In this document: piece after piece, positions 8,909 to 17,150 of the stretch
How the letters are laid out: each line of letters opens with the position of its first letter
Numbering within the stretch: position 1 is the first letter of the stretch
Assembly: GCA_943359325.1 (NCBI GenBank)
Contig: CALRHD010000005.1
Coordinates: 1-55,732 of the forward strand
Direction of reading: 5' to 3'
Length of the DNA stretch: 55,732 nt
Source: Candidatus Uhrbacteria bacterium
GTDB taxonomy: Bacteria; Patescibacteriota; Patescibacteriia; UBA9934
Notes under the pieces: generated by a model
The model's database searches: none
Told to the model about the DNA's origin: nothing
Seen by the model: the letters and a program-made list of their open reading frames with translations, nothing else
Program-made: the position numbers and the translations under genes

Positions 8909-10615
8909 ATGTATACACGTGATCAGGCAAAAAAAGAGGCGCTCACAAGTCTTAAAAAGGCGCTTGGAAAAACGTTTTCGCTTTCGGCGGATATGCTTGT
9001 CGTTCCTCCAAAATCTGACATGGGTGATGTAGCGTTTGCGTGTTTTGCGCTGGCAAAAGGGGCGGGCCGCAACCCTGCCGAGATTGCGACGGAGCTTGCA
9101 GCAAAACTTGCGCCGTCGCCGCTTGTGCGAAAAATTACGTCGCAAGGTCCGTACGTGAATTTTTTGTTCAACGACGTTGCGTTCGGCGCAAGCGTTCTTG
9201 CCGATGTCGCCAAAATGAAAAAGCGCTATGGGAACGGCACGACAGGGAAGGGTAAAAAAGTGCTCGTGGAATACGCTCAGCCGAACACGCATAAGGAATT
9301 TCACGTTGGCCATATTCGTAATGCGGTGTACGGGCAGGCTGTTGTCGACCTTGTTCGTGCGAACGGCTACGAAACAATCGCTGCGGCATATATTGGCGAC
9401 GTGGGGGCGCATGTTGCGAAGGCGGTATGGGGTTTTAAGAAGTTTTTTGGTGACGCGATGATTGCGAAAGAAGACCGTGCGCGTATTCTCGGCGAAGCGT
9501 ACGCGAAGGCAACGGCGTTTGTGGATGAACATGAAGAGGCAAAAGAAGAAATCGCCGATGTTCAGCGAAAGCTCGAAGCAGAAGAGGAGCCGTGGTTGTC
9601 GTTGTGGCGAGAAACGCGCGAATGGAGTTTGGATGCGTTTCGTGAGAATTTTGCGGAGCTCGGCGTTGCACCCGACGCATGGTATTTCGAGAGCGAAGTC
9701 GAAAAGCCTGGCAAAGAGCTGGTGAAAAAAATGCTCATCGACGGGATTGCGCGGAAAAGTGAAGGTGCGACGATTGTGGATTTGGAGAACGAAAATCTTG
9801 GTGTTTTTCTTATCCTCAAAACCGATGGCTCGTCCTTGTATGCAACGAAGGATTTAGCACTCGCGTTTCAAAAAGAGCGCGACTATAGCGCCGACAGGCA
9901 GATTTTCGTGATTGACGTTCGCCAGTCGCTCTACATGAAGCAACTTTTTGCGACGCTGAAGCGCATGCATTTTCACCCGGAGCTTGTGCATCTTGGCTAC
10001 GAAATGGTTACCCTACCCGAAGGTGCGATGTCGTCCCGTAAGGGCAATGTAGTGACGTACGAAGATTTACGCGACGCGATGGTCGAGAAAATCGTTGCAG
10101 AAACGGCAACGCGTCATTCCGACTGGAAGCCGAAGAAAGTGCGTCAAATTGCAGTTGCAGTTGCAATGGCGGGCATGAAATTTATGGTGCTGCGCCAGGA
10201 TCCGGGCAAGCAAATCGTGTTTGACATGGACGAAGCGATGTCGGTCGATGGATTTACGGGGCCGTATATTTTGTACACGATTGCACGCATCAACAGCATT
10301 GAAGCAAAGGCGGACGTGTCTGCATTGCCGCTTGCCGAACACCTCACGCAACCGCTTGAGCAGCGCCTACTTCGCCATGTTGCCGCTTATCCGAGCGTTG
10401 TCGCAAAAGCGGCAGCGACATTTAATGTGTCGCTTATTGCGCACGAGGCGTTTGGACTGGCGAAACTTTTTGCCGAGTACTACCAAGAGGTGAGAATTCT
10501 AGATGACGTAAACCATGAACGTAAAGCGGCCCGACTTGCGCTTCTGTACGCCGTTCGGCAGACGTTGACGAATGCGTGTGGATTGCTCGGGATGGCGGTA
10601 GTAAAAGAGATGTAG
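8909..10615 (+). CDS. argS: Arginine--tRNA ligase
   Basis: EYAQPNTHKEFHVGHIRN (HIGH region) and a C-terminal DALR-type anticodon-binding region ending in M. Confidence 0.96.
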   Translation: MYTRDQAKKEALTSLKKALGKTFSLSADMLVVPPKSDMGDVAFACFALAKGAGRNPAEIATELAAKLAPSPLVRKITSQGPYVNFLFNDVAFGASVLADVAKMKKRYGNGTTGKGKKVLVEYAQPNTHKEFHVGHIRNAVYGQAVVDLVRANGYETIAAAYIGDVGAHVAKAVWGFKKFFGDAMIAKEDRARILGEAYAKATAFVDEHEEAKEEIADVQRKLEAEEEPWLSLWRETREWSLDAFRENFAELGVAPDAWYFESEVEKPGKELVKKMLIDGIARKSEGATIVDLENENLGVFLILKTDGSSLYATKDLALAFQKERDYSADRQIFVIDVRQSLYMKQLFATLKRMHFHPELVHLGYEMVTLPEGAMSSRKGNVVTYEDLRDAMVEKIVAETATRHSDWKPKKVRQIAVAVAMAGMKFMVLRQDPGKQIVFDMDEAMSVDGFTGPYILYTIARINSIEAKADVSALPLAEHLTQPLEQRLLRHVAAYPSVVAKAAATFNVSLIAHEAFGLAKLFAEYYQEVRILDDVNHERKAARLALLYAVRQTLTNACGLLGMAVVKEM

Positions 10616-10619
10616 AGGT

Positions 10620-11039
10620 TTGTACGACGGCTTGCCCATCTACACCACCCGCGGTAACATGCCAATGTTATTGAATTTGTTTATGACGAAACACAGCGGC
10701 GAAGAGACGATTATTGCACATGGCGTTCGCGTGGAGGGTGACTTTGTAAGTCAGGGGAACGTCATTATAGAGGGTGATGTGCAGGGCACGATACAAACGG
10801 CTGGTGACTTGCGCATTGGCGACGAGGCAAAAATCACCGCCGATGTCACTGCAGCAAACGCAACGGTGTCAGGTGAAATTCGTGGGAACATTCAGGTGAG
10901 CGGTAAGTTGGAGCTGTTGCCGTCGTCAAAAATTATTGGCGACATTACGGCTGACGTTCTTTCCATTGGCGCCGGCGCACAGATCAACGGAAAAATCACG
11001 ATGGATGGCAGACCAGTTAAAAAAGAAATAGCGGTGTAA
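10620..11039 (+). CDS. Bactofilin-family polymer-forming protein
   Basis: Beta-helical repeat pattern: GVRVEGDFVSQGNVIIEGDVQGTIQTAGDLRIGDEAKITADVTAANATVSGEIRGNI. The track start is TTG; the ATG at 10659 is an alternative. Confidence 0.85.
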   Translation: MYDGLPIYTTRGNMPMLLNLFMTKHSGEETIIAHGVRVEGDFVSQGNVIIEGDVQGTIQTAGDLRIGDEAKITADVTAANATVSGEIRGNIQVSGKLELLPSSKIIGDITADVLSIGAGAQINGKITMDGRPVKKEIAV

Positions 11040-11041
11040 AT

Positions 11042-11782
11042 GTGTACCTCTACGTCTACGACGAAAGCGTCCAAGACAGAAAAAACGAACGCGAATTGTC
11101 GCTTATTGAAACCCGTTTAACCGACTTGGGGATTGCGGGAAAGATTGCGCGGCTCGCACTTTTTCGCGATGCGACGGAACTTATTCGCGACGAAGTACGC
11201 CGCGGTGTGACGACGGTTGTCGCAGTAGGGAATGATCAAACGTTGCGTAAGGTGCTCGACGCGGTGCAGGACCCGCAGATCGTCGTCGCCATTATTCCGC
11301 TTGGGGGGAATAACGACATTGCGGCAATGCTTGGTGTGCCGCAGGGTGTGGCGGCGTGTGACACGCTTTCGGCACGGCTCGTGGAGGAAATGGACGCAGG
11401 AAGTGTGAATGGCATGCGATTTTTACACATCGCGACAGCAGAAAATGTGCAACCGAGTTGTGTGTGTGAAGGGAAATACGCCGTGCAACCCGTTCGTCCG
11501 AGCACGATTGAAATTCGCAATCTTGCCCAGTCGGCGGAGTTCGGGACTGCCGACCCCACGGACGGTAAGCTCGAATTCGTCATGAAAACGCCTCGTCGAC
11601 GTTGGTTCGTCCGCAAAACCGACGCGGTAACGGTTATCCCGTTTACCCACATTCTCATGAAAAGCCAAAAACCCATGACGATGTTTGTTGATGGTGAAGC
11701 GGTCGAAGGCACCGAATTTGACGTCAAAGTCCTCCCTCGCCAGATGCGGGTGGTAACGGGAAAAGAGAGGAAATACGCCTAG
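11042..11782 (+). CDS. Diacylglycerol/lipid kinase (DAGK_cat/YegS-like) family protein
   Basis: VVAVGNDQTLRKV resembles a degenerate GGDGT motif and IIPLGGNNDIA matches iiPlGTgNDfA. GTG start. The 3' end overlaps the convergent VKOR gene by about 59 nt. Confidence 0.65.
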   Translation: MYLYVYDESVQDRKNERELSLIETRLTDLGIAGKIARLALFRDATELIRDEVRRGVTTVVAVGNDQTLRKVLDAVQDPQIVVAIIPLGGNNDIAAMLGVPQGVAACDTLSARLVEEMDAGSVNGMRFLHIATAENVQPSCVCEGKYAVQPVRPSTIEIRNLAQSAEFGTADPTDGKLEFVMKTPRRRWFVRKTDAVTVIPFTHILMKSQKPMTMFVDGEAVEGTEFDVKVLPRQMRVVTGKERKYA

Positions 11783-12200
11783 GCAACACGAACCATCCTA
11801 ATACAAACAGCACTGTCGACGTGATGGCGGAACCCATGCACCACTGGCAGATGGCGTGGATGAGGAAAATTTGGGCGAAAACGAACCAAAGAGAAAAGAG
11901 AAAACCTGCGAGCGTGAATTTCCCTGCGAGGCGCAAGAGCCTCTCGTTTTTTTTGTCGACGGCAATGAACAGCATGCCGAACATTGTGAGGTAGTAGAGC
12001 GCACCGAGGAGCGCAACAGGAATGCCGAAGATTTCCGAGTAGCTGCTTGTGGTGACGACTTGGCAGCCGTGCGTAATGGTGCAGGGGAGGCGTGCGTCGG
12101 TGTAATGTGCCACGGTCAAATATGTTGCGTCGGCAAATCCGAGTAGCGCAACGCCAAGCATTGTCAGCGGTAACCAACGTGATGTTGCGAATATTGACAT
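11724..12200 (-). CDS. Vitamin K epoxide reductase (VKOR) family protein
   Basis: Multi-TM protein with a loop Cys pair (PCTITHGC) and a membrane CxxC (CQWC). Confidence 0.8.
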   Translation of the reverse strand: MSIFATSRWLPLTMLGVALLGFADATYLTVAHYTDARLPCTITHGCQVVTTSSYSEIFGIPVALLGALYYLTMFGMLFIAVDKKNERLLRLAGKFTLAGFLFSLWFVFAQIFLIHAICQWCMGSAITSTVLFVLGWFVLPRRISSLFPLPPASGEGGL

Positions 12201-12201
12201 A

Positions 12202-12999
12202 TTATTCTGTCGTAGATCCTGAGCTTGTCGAAGGGGTGTCTTCGGAAGCAGGCGACTGGCTTACTTTTGCAAGCGCTGCCTCAATCACTTTTTTCATGCC
12301 GTCGTAGCCGCTCGGAATGGGAATTGCCGTGCCGTTCAAAAAGAATGACGGTGTGCCCGAAAGGTTTGCCGCAATCGCGCTACGATGATCGGCGTTTACG
12401 CGTGCTGCTGTTTCGGGAGACGTGTAGTCGGCGATAAATTGGTCGGTGTTGAGGCCGAGACTTTGTGCGTACGAAGTAAATGCCTCTTTCGGATTCGGCA
12501 ACGTTCCCCATTCTGATTGTTTTGCAAAGAGTACATTCGCCATTTGGAAAAACGCACCCTGCTTGCCCGCAGCTTCTGCTGCATGCGCAGAATCGAAAGC
12601 ATTTTGGTGAATGTTCTGAAGAGGGAAGTAACGATAGACGAACAATACCTGGTCGCCGTACTCTTCCATGATTCTATTTACGACGGGGCCGAAACGTGCG
12701 CAGGTTGGACACTGAAAGTCGCTGTACTCTACGAGCACAACTTTTGCGTCAGGGTTCCCTTCGGTCCAGTCGCTCGCGTTGACAACACTCGGCAATGGCG
12801 TCTCCACTTTGACACTACTGCCTTTCGACGCCCACACAATGCCGCCGATGATTGCGACAATAATGATGAGTACACCGACGTATTTCATGACGCTTTTCAT
12901 GCCTGCGTTTCTTGCCATTGCTCTGTCGTTCGCCGCTTGCTGTGCCTTTTTCTCTTCGCGGCGCTCCTTGTCATTTTGGAGGATATTTTCATCGGTCAT
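12202..12999 (-). CDS. DsbA-family thiol:disulfide oxidoreductase, membrane anchored
   Basis: YSDFQCPTCARF is a CxxC thioredoxin fold, with an N-terminal TM (VGVLIIIVAIIGGIVWA). The start is moved to the ATG at 12999 because the track extension to 13116 runs into tRNA-Leu. Confidence 0.85.
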   Translation of the reverse strand: MTDENILQNDKERREEKKAQQAANDRAMARNAGMKSVMKYVGVLIIIVAIIGGIVWASKGSSVKVETPLPSVVNASDWTEGNPDAKVVLVEYSDFQCPTCARFGPVVNRIMEEYGDQVLFVYRYFPLQNIHQNAFDSAHAAEAAGKQGAFFQMANVLFAKQSEWGTLPNPKEAFTSYAQSLGLNTDQFIADYTSPETAARVNADHRSAIAANLSGTPSFFLNGTAIPIPSGYDGMKKVIEAALAKVSQSPASEDTPSTSSGSTTE

Positions 13000-13034
13000 A
13001 GTAACCCCATGGTATCGGAAACATGAAAATGGAG

Positions 13035-13072
13035 CAAACAAAAATCCGATGGCAAAAACCATCAGATTCTTG
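13035..13072 (-). terminator. Intrinsic terminator after tRNA-Leu; left arm of a 38-nt inverted repeat
   Basis: On the minus strand it reads caagaatctgatggtttttgccatcggatttttgtttg, a hairpin plus T-run. This is essentially identical to 13409-13446 on the plus strand. Confidence 0.6.
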
Positions 13073-13159
13073 TGGTGCGCGAAAGAGGACTCGAACCTCC
13101 AAGCTATTGCTAGCATCAGCCCCTCAAGCTGACGAGTTTACCAATTTCTCCATTCGCGC
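13073..13159 (-). tRNA. tRNA-Leu, anticodon GAG, type II, CCA encoded
   Basis: Reverse complement: GCGCGAA TG GAG..CTC, anticodon stem TCAGC/GCTGA with loop TTGAGGG, 15-nt variable arm, T arm GGAGG-TTCGAGT-CCTCT, TTCGCGC A CCA. Confidence 0.88.
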
Positions 13160-13175
13160 AAATATCAACGGGAAA

Positions 13176-13204
13176 ACTATAATAGATGCAGCGTCACTTG
13201 GCAA
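13176..13204 (-). promoter_or_regulatory. Candidate sigma70-type promoter for tRNA-Leu
   Basis: Minus strand TTGCCA-17 nt-TATAGT, ending about 17 nt upstream of the tRNA 5' end. Confidence 0.3.
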
Positions 13205-13226
13205 GATGAGGAAAATTCGTTAGCAT
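13198..13226 (+). promoter_or_regulatory. Candidate sigma70-type promoter for the tRNA-Val/tRNA-Ala pair
   Basis: TTGGCA-17 nt-TAGCAT, about 20 nt upstream of tRNA-Val. Its -35 overlaps the -35 of the divergent tRNA-Leu promoter (TTGGCAA). Confidence 0.3.
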
Positions 13227-13246
13227 TATGCCGCTGATAGTCACAT

Positions 13247-13323
13247 GGACGCCTAGCTCAGTTGGTTAGAGCATCTCGTTTACACCGAGAGGGTCGAGGG
13301 TTCGAGTCCCCCGGCGTCCACCA
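13247..13323 (+). tRNA. tRNA-Val, anticodon UAC, CCA encoded
   Basis: Acceptor GGACGCC/GGCGTCC, anticodon stem TCTCG/CGAGA with loop TTTACAC, T arm GAGGG-TTCGAGT-CCCCC. Confidence 0.9.
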
Positions 13324-13332
13324 CGAAGACAT

Positions 13333-13408
13333 GGGCTCTTAGCTCAGTTGGTAGAGCGTCTGGCTGGCAGTCAGAAGGTCACCGGTTCGAACCCGGTAGG
13401 GTCCACCA
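13333..13408 (+). tRNA. tRNA-Ala, anticodon GGC, CCA encoded
   Basis: Acceptor GGGCTCT/AGGGTCC carries the G3:U70 alanine identity pair. Anticodon loop CTGGCAG. Confidence 0.9.
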
Positions 13409-13446
13409 CAAGAATCTGATGGTTTTTGCCATCGGATTTTTGTTTT
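13409..13446 (+). terminator. Intrinsic terminator after tRNA-Ala; right arm of the 38-nt inverted repeat
   Basis: caagaatctgatggtttttgccatcggatttttgttttg: a hairpin (aatctgatgg/ccatcggatt) plus T-run. Confidence 0.6.
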
Positions 13447-13477
13447 GTGCTATAATTTTCGGCGTACACATTGTTTT

Positions 13478-13720
13478 ATGCTCGGAAGAATTATTATCGG
13501 CTTTCTTGTTTCGCTCCTTGGACTGGCAATGGTTTGGAAAACGGAGTTTTTTATGAGTGTGCTCGGTGAAGTTGACTGGGCGCTCAAATACTTGGGCGGT
13601 GGTGGTACCCGCTTGTTTTACAAGTTACTTGGCACGGCTGTCATTATGATCGGCTTTCTCATTATCACCAACTTGTGGAGCGACTTCATGGGCGGCCTTA
13701 TTCACCGACTTTTCGGATAG
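13478..13720 (+). CDS. Small membrane protein, hypothetical
   Basis: MLGRIIIGFLVSLLGLAMVW plus a second TM (LLGTAVIMIGFLIITNLW). The ATG at 13478 is preferred over the TTG at 13445. Confidence 0.5.
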   Translation: MLGRIIIGFLVSLLGLAMVWKTEFFMSVLGEVDWALKYLGGGGTRLFYKLLGTAVIMIGFLIITNLWSDFMGGLIHRLFG

Positions 13721-13723
13721 CGT

Positions 13724-14269
13724 ATGGCTTCAGGTAGCGCACTTCTCGACGCTCGCGCCATTCTCGCCGCGCTTGGCGTTGGCCGCGGCCACCATGTTGC
13801 CGATCTTGGTGTTGGTCGCACGGGGCATTTTGTGTTGCGTGCGGGCGAGGCGGTGGGGGAGTCGGGGAAAGTGTATGCAGTCGACATTCTGAAAGAAGCG
13901 CTTGCGATGGTTGATGGCAGTGCGCAGCATCATGGACGTGAAAATGTGCACACGGTTTGGGGTGATGTTGAGCGTGGTGACGGTGTCGCTATTCCTTCGG
14001 CAAGCCTCGATGTTGCACTTTTGGTGCACACGCTCGCGACCCTCACAGAATGGGATGCGACGGCACGTGAAGTACGGCGCATGGTAAAAGCGGGCGGTAA
14101 AATTGCAGTTATCGATTGGCTCCCCGCAGCCATTCATGTCGCGGCGCCGATGGTGGATCGTCGAATGTCCCCACAGGAATCCGACATTCTTTTTGCTCAT
14201 GCCGGCTGCCAAAAATGTGGCGAACTTACACCAAGCCGGTGGCATTGGGGTCGGGTGTATTCCGCATAG
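13724..14269 (+). CDS. Class I SAM-dependent methyltransferase
   Basis: VADLGVGRTG (motif I), KVYAVDI (motif II), GGKIAVIDW (post-motif). Confidence 0.8.
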   Translation: MASGSALLDARAILAALGVGRGHHVADLGVGRTGHFVLRAGEAVGESGKVYAVDILKEALAMVDGSAQHHGRENVHTVWGDVERGDGVAIPSASLDVALLVHTLATLTEWDATAREVRRMVKAGGKIAVIDWLPAAIHVAAPMVDRRMSPQESDILFAHAGCQKCGELTPSRWHWGRVYSA

Positions 14270-14310
14270 CACCTTGACGACCGCCCTGTTTGCCGTCACC
14301 CTATGGCCAT

Positions 14311-14709
14311 ATGATTTTTTCTCCAAGTTTTTGGTTCGACCTCACTCCGAACGCGCTCAGCCCGTTTTTTGAACAATTGTTTTTCGTTGTTTTCGCCGTA
14401 CTGATCATTGGCGGCGCGGTTCTGCGCATCGTCGCAAAGAACAAAATGACTGATAAATACGCACGTATTATTGCAAAACACGGCGCACAGATTGCGTTTG
14501 TTGCGGGTGTCACGGGATTTATTATCTATTTCTTCACATTCGAGGAGATTCAATTCTTCGGTTCGCGATTTTGGTTCCTCGTTTGGGGTATCGGTATTAT
14601 TGTCGCACTTGTCCGACTCTTCCGTTACGCAAAAAAGACTGTTCCGCAGCTTCGCCTTCGTGACCAGTCGCACGCCGACTCGAACAAATATTTGCCACGA
14701 CGTAATTAA
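14311..14709 (+). CDS. Hypothetical membrane protein
   Basis: Three to four TM segments (LFFVVFAVLIIGGAVL, IAFVAGVTGFIIYFF, FWFLVWGIGIIVALV). The ATG at 14311 is in frame with the track ORF. Confidence 0.55.
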   Translation: MIFSPSFWFDLTPNALSPFFEQLFFVVFAVLIIGGAVLRIVAKNKMTDKYARIIAKHGAQIAFVAGVTGFIIYFFTFEEIQFFGSRFWFLVWGIGIIVALVRLFRYAKKTVPQLRLRDQSHADSNKYLPRRN

Positions 14710-14710
14710 C

Positions 14711-15067
14711 ATGAAGGACGTCCGTAAAATTTTTGGTGACGCTGCCGAAAATCTTGCGGCGGAATATCTTGTACGTCACGGCATGCGAATTATTGCGCGC
14801 CAGTTCCGAACCGTGTTTGGAGAAATCGATCTCATTGCCATGGAAGGCGATGAGATCGTTTTTGTAGAAGTTAAGGCGCGACAAACAGATGAATACGGTT
14901 ACCCTGAGGCTGCCGTCACCCCGTCGAAACTCCGAAAAATTGCGAACGCGGGGCTCATGTATTTGCGTGAAGAGCACAAAGAAGACGTGCCGTACCGCAT
15001 TGACGTTGTCGCAATCGAATACTACATCGACCCGCCGCGAGTCACTCATTTACGTGCGGTGTCGTAG
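14711..15067 (+). CDS. YraN-family (UPF0102) endonuclease-like protein
   Basis: GDAAENLAAEYLVRHGMRIIARQFR..GEIDLIAMEGDEIVFVEVKAR is the typical YraN core. The ATG at 14711 follows the previous stop. Confidence 0.85.
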   Translation: MKDVRKIFGDAAENLAAEYLVRHGMRIIARQFRTVFGEIDLIAMEGDEIVFVEVKARQTDEYGYPEAAVTPSKLRKIANAGLMYLREEHKEDVPYRIDVVAIEYYIDPPRVTHLRAVS

Positions 15068-15081
15068 ATGTTAGATTTAGC

Positions 15082-15110
15082 TTGACTTTTGTTGAATCTT
15101 GTGGTAAATT
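15082..15110 (+). promoter_or_regulatory. Candidate promoter with extended -10 for the orphan gene 15199-15723
   Basis: TTGACT-17 nt-(TGG)TAAATT. An 80-nt leader follows, containing the hairpin GTCAGGA-acctc-TCCTGAC plus cattttc. Confidence 0.45.
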
Positions 15111-15198
15111 CCCTTGTCGTCAGGAACCTCTCCTGACGTCATTTTCCCACTGAAAATCACTACCCACCCCGTACAACGGGATTTCACAGGAGTCCACC

Positions 15199-15723
15199 AT
15201 GACCACCATGACCACCGTTACCCTCCTCGCGTCCCTTCCCTCCGAAGCCGAAGTCCTCGCCGCTTACCGTGCCGCAGGTGGCACTATCGAGAACGTGGCC
15301 GCTTCCGCCCTTATGATCGACGGTGATGCTGCCCCGATCGATCCCAACTGGGCACAGCCAGGTAAGACAGTGCATATCCCATGCGGCCAAGTCGACCCGA
15401 GTAGCCTTGTCTTCTTCCAGACAGAAGAGATGAAGAACGGCAGCGGCACGCTGGGTACCAACCTGTCCGACAAGACGCGCCAGGCCAAACTCAAGCCGAC
15501 GAATGCCAACGCCTGCGTCTTCCTCGAGCAAAATCAGGCGTTCCTGGCCAAGGTGCCGCAGAACATCAACTGCCTGATCTTCCCGGAGACGAGGTTCCTC
15601 GGCAGGAGCGGCTACTGGTACTTCCGGTGTTTGTTCCGGCGCGGCGGTCGGTGGGTGTTCTTCGACTACTATGTCGACTCCTGGTATTATGGCCAGTACG
15701 CTGTCGTGGCTTTCGGCGAGTAA
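15199..15723 (+). CDS. Hypothetical protein, orphan, with a strong C-ending codon bias
   Basis: AGGAG lies 8 nt upstream of the ATG. The gene has its own promoter-like and terminator-like signals. The antisense ORF 15184-15735 is judged a high-GC shadow. Confidence 0.6.
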   Translation: MTTMTTVTLLASLPSEAEVLAAYRAAGGTIENVAASALMIDGDAAPIDPNWAQPGKTVHIPCGQVDPSSLVFFQTEEMKNGSGTLGTNLSDKTRQAKLKPTNANACVFLEQNQAFLAKVPQNINCLIFPETRFLGRSGYWYFRCLFRRGGRWVFFDYYVDSWYYGQYAVVAFGE

Positions 15724-15801
15724 ACCCTCGGCCACTTAGCGCTCGAGCCCTGGCCTTGTCCCCTTTGTACTTTGTCACTTGTGACGAGTAACTGGGGTCG
15801 T

Positions 15802-15840
15802 AACCGGAGTTTTGCAGCAATGCGAGACTCCGGTTTTTTG
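15802..15840 (+). terminator. Intrinsic terminator
   Basis: AACCGGAGT..ACTCCGGTT, a 9-bp stem followed by TTTTTG. Confidence 0.65.
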
Positions 15841-15946
15841 TTTGAGATTTTTTTGATAAGTAGTACATTTGCACCTTTTTGTCCTCTCTGCTATCCTTTG
15901 CATATTGGACTCGGCTGTTGGCCGAGTTCACTTTTTAGCCAATGTT

Positions 15947-17149
15947 ATGTCCAGTGTCATTGAACAAGCAATTCGACAGATTTGTGATGAGAAAGGTTTG
16001 GAGTACGACTCTGTGCTTGAAACAATCGAAGCGGCGCTTGCCGCGGCGTATCGCAAAGACTATGGTGATCGTTATCACAATTTAGAGGCAGAGTTTGATC
16101 CCGAAACAGGTGCGGTGAAGGTTTTTGACGTGAAAACGGTTGTCGACGACATTAGCCAAGAAGAAGTGGAGGCAATGGAAAAACGCGAGGCACAGAAAGC
16201 GGCGGCGCGTGAAGCAGCGAAGGCAATCGGTGAACATTTGCCCGAAGAAGAAAGTGATGCAACAAAATTTAATCCGAAGACAGACATCATGCTTTCGCAG
16301 GCGAAAATTTTGAAATCATCGGCGAATGTGGGCGACGTACTCCGTACGGAAATGCCGACCGCAGGAGAATTCGGACGCATGGCAGCGATGACGGCCAAGC
16401 AAGTCATTACGCAAAAGTTGCGAGAAGCGGAACGCGAAATTATTTTTAACGAGTACAAGGGTCACGAAGGCGAAGTGTTAGTGGGAACGGTGCAGCGCCG
16501 CGAAGGGCGCATTGTGCTTGTCGATATTGGCCGTACAGCAGGAATTTTGAAACCTGAAGATCAAATCCAAAGCGAACGCTATGAGTCGGGGAGTCGCATA
16601 AAAGTATATGTGCGTGAAGTGTCGATCGGTCCGCGTGGTCCGCAAATTTTACTTTCGCGCACGCACGAAGGTTTGGTGCGCAGATTATTTGAGCTTGAAA
16701 TTCCTGAAATTGCTGACGGACTTGTGGAAATGAAGGCACTGGCTCGTGAGGCAGGAGCGCGCACAAAAATTTCTGTGTCGTCGAACGACGCAAGCATCGA
16801 CCCCATTGGTGCATGTATTGGTCAACGCGGTTCACGTATTCAAACAATTATTTCCGAACTCGCAGGCGAAAAAATTGACGTTATTGAATGGAGCGAAAAT
16901 CCGAGCGAGTTTATTCGCCACGCTCTTGCACCTGCAAAAATTGCGTCTATCGCCCTGCACGAAGACGAAAGAACGGCAACGGCTATGGTGGCGTCCGATC
17001 AATTGTCGCTTGCAATCGGTCGCGGTGGGCAGAACGTCCGTTTGGCCGCAAAACTTACTGGTTGGAAATTGAACATTCAAGAAGAGGGAAAACCTGAAGT
17101 GCCTGTCGAGGAAACGGTAGAGTCACCATCAGAACCTGCGGCAGAATAA
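15947..17149 (+). CDS. nusA: Transcription termination/antitermination factor NusA
   Basis: Has an N-terminal domain, an S1 domain (GEVLVGTVQRREGRIVLVDIG), and two KH domains (GACIGQRGSRIQ, AIGRGGQNVRLA). The start is placed at the ATG at 15947 (MSSVIEQ). Confidence 0.95.
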   Translation: MSSVIEQAIRQICDEKGLEYDSVLETIEAALAAAYRKDYGDRYHNLEAEFDPETGAVKVFDVKTVVDDISQEEVEAMEKREAQKAAAREAAKAIGEHLPEEESDATKFNPKTDIMLSQAKILKSSANVGDVLRTEMPTAGEFGRMAAMTAKQVITQKLREAEREIIFNEYKGHEGEVLVGTVQRREGRIVLVDIGRTAGILKPEDQIQSERYESGSRIKVYVREVSIGPRGPQILLSRTHEGLVRRLFELEIPEIADGLVEMKALAREAGARTKISVSSNDASIDPIGACIGQRGSRIQTIISELAGEKIDVIEWSENPSEFIRHALAPAKIASIALHEDERTATAMVASDQLSLAIGRGGQNVRLAAKLTGWKLNIQEEGKPEVPVEETVESPSEPAAE

Positions 17150-17150
17150 T

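Noticed and set aside
13000-13223. N-terminal extension of the DsbA-like ORF (to 13116) and the plus ORF 13023-13223
   Set aside because: Both overlap tRNA-Leu(GAG) and its terminator. An internal ATG at 12999 gives a sensible start.
15184-15735. 183-aa minus-strand ORF overlapping the orphan gene
   Set aside because: The plus-strand ORF has a promoter-like element, an SD and a terminator in the right places. The minus ORF lacks start signals and looks like a high-GC shadow. Residual uncertainty is acknowledged.
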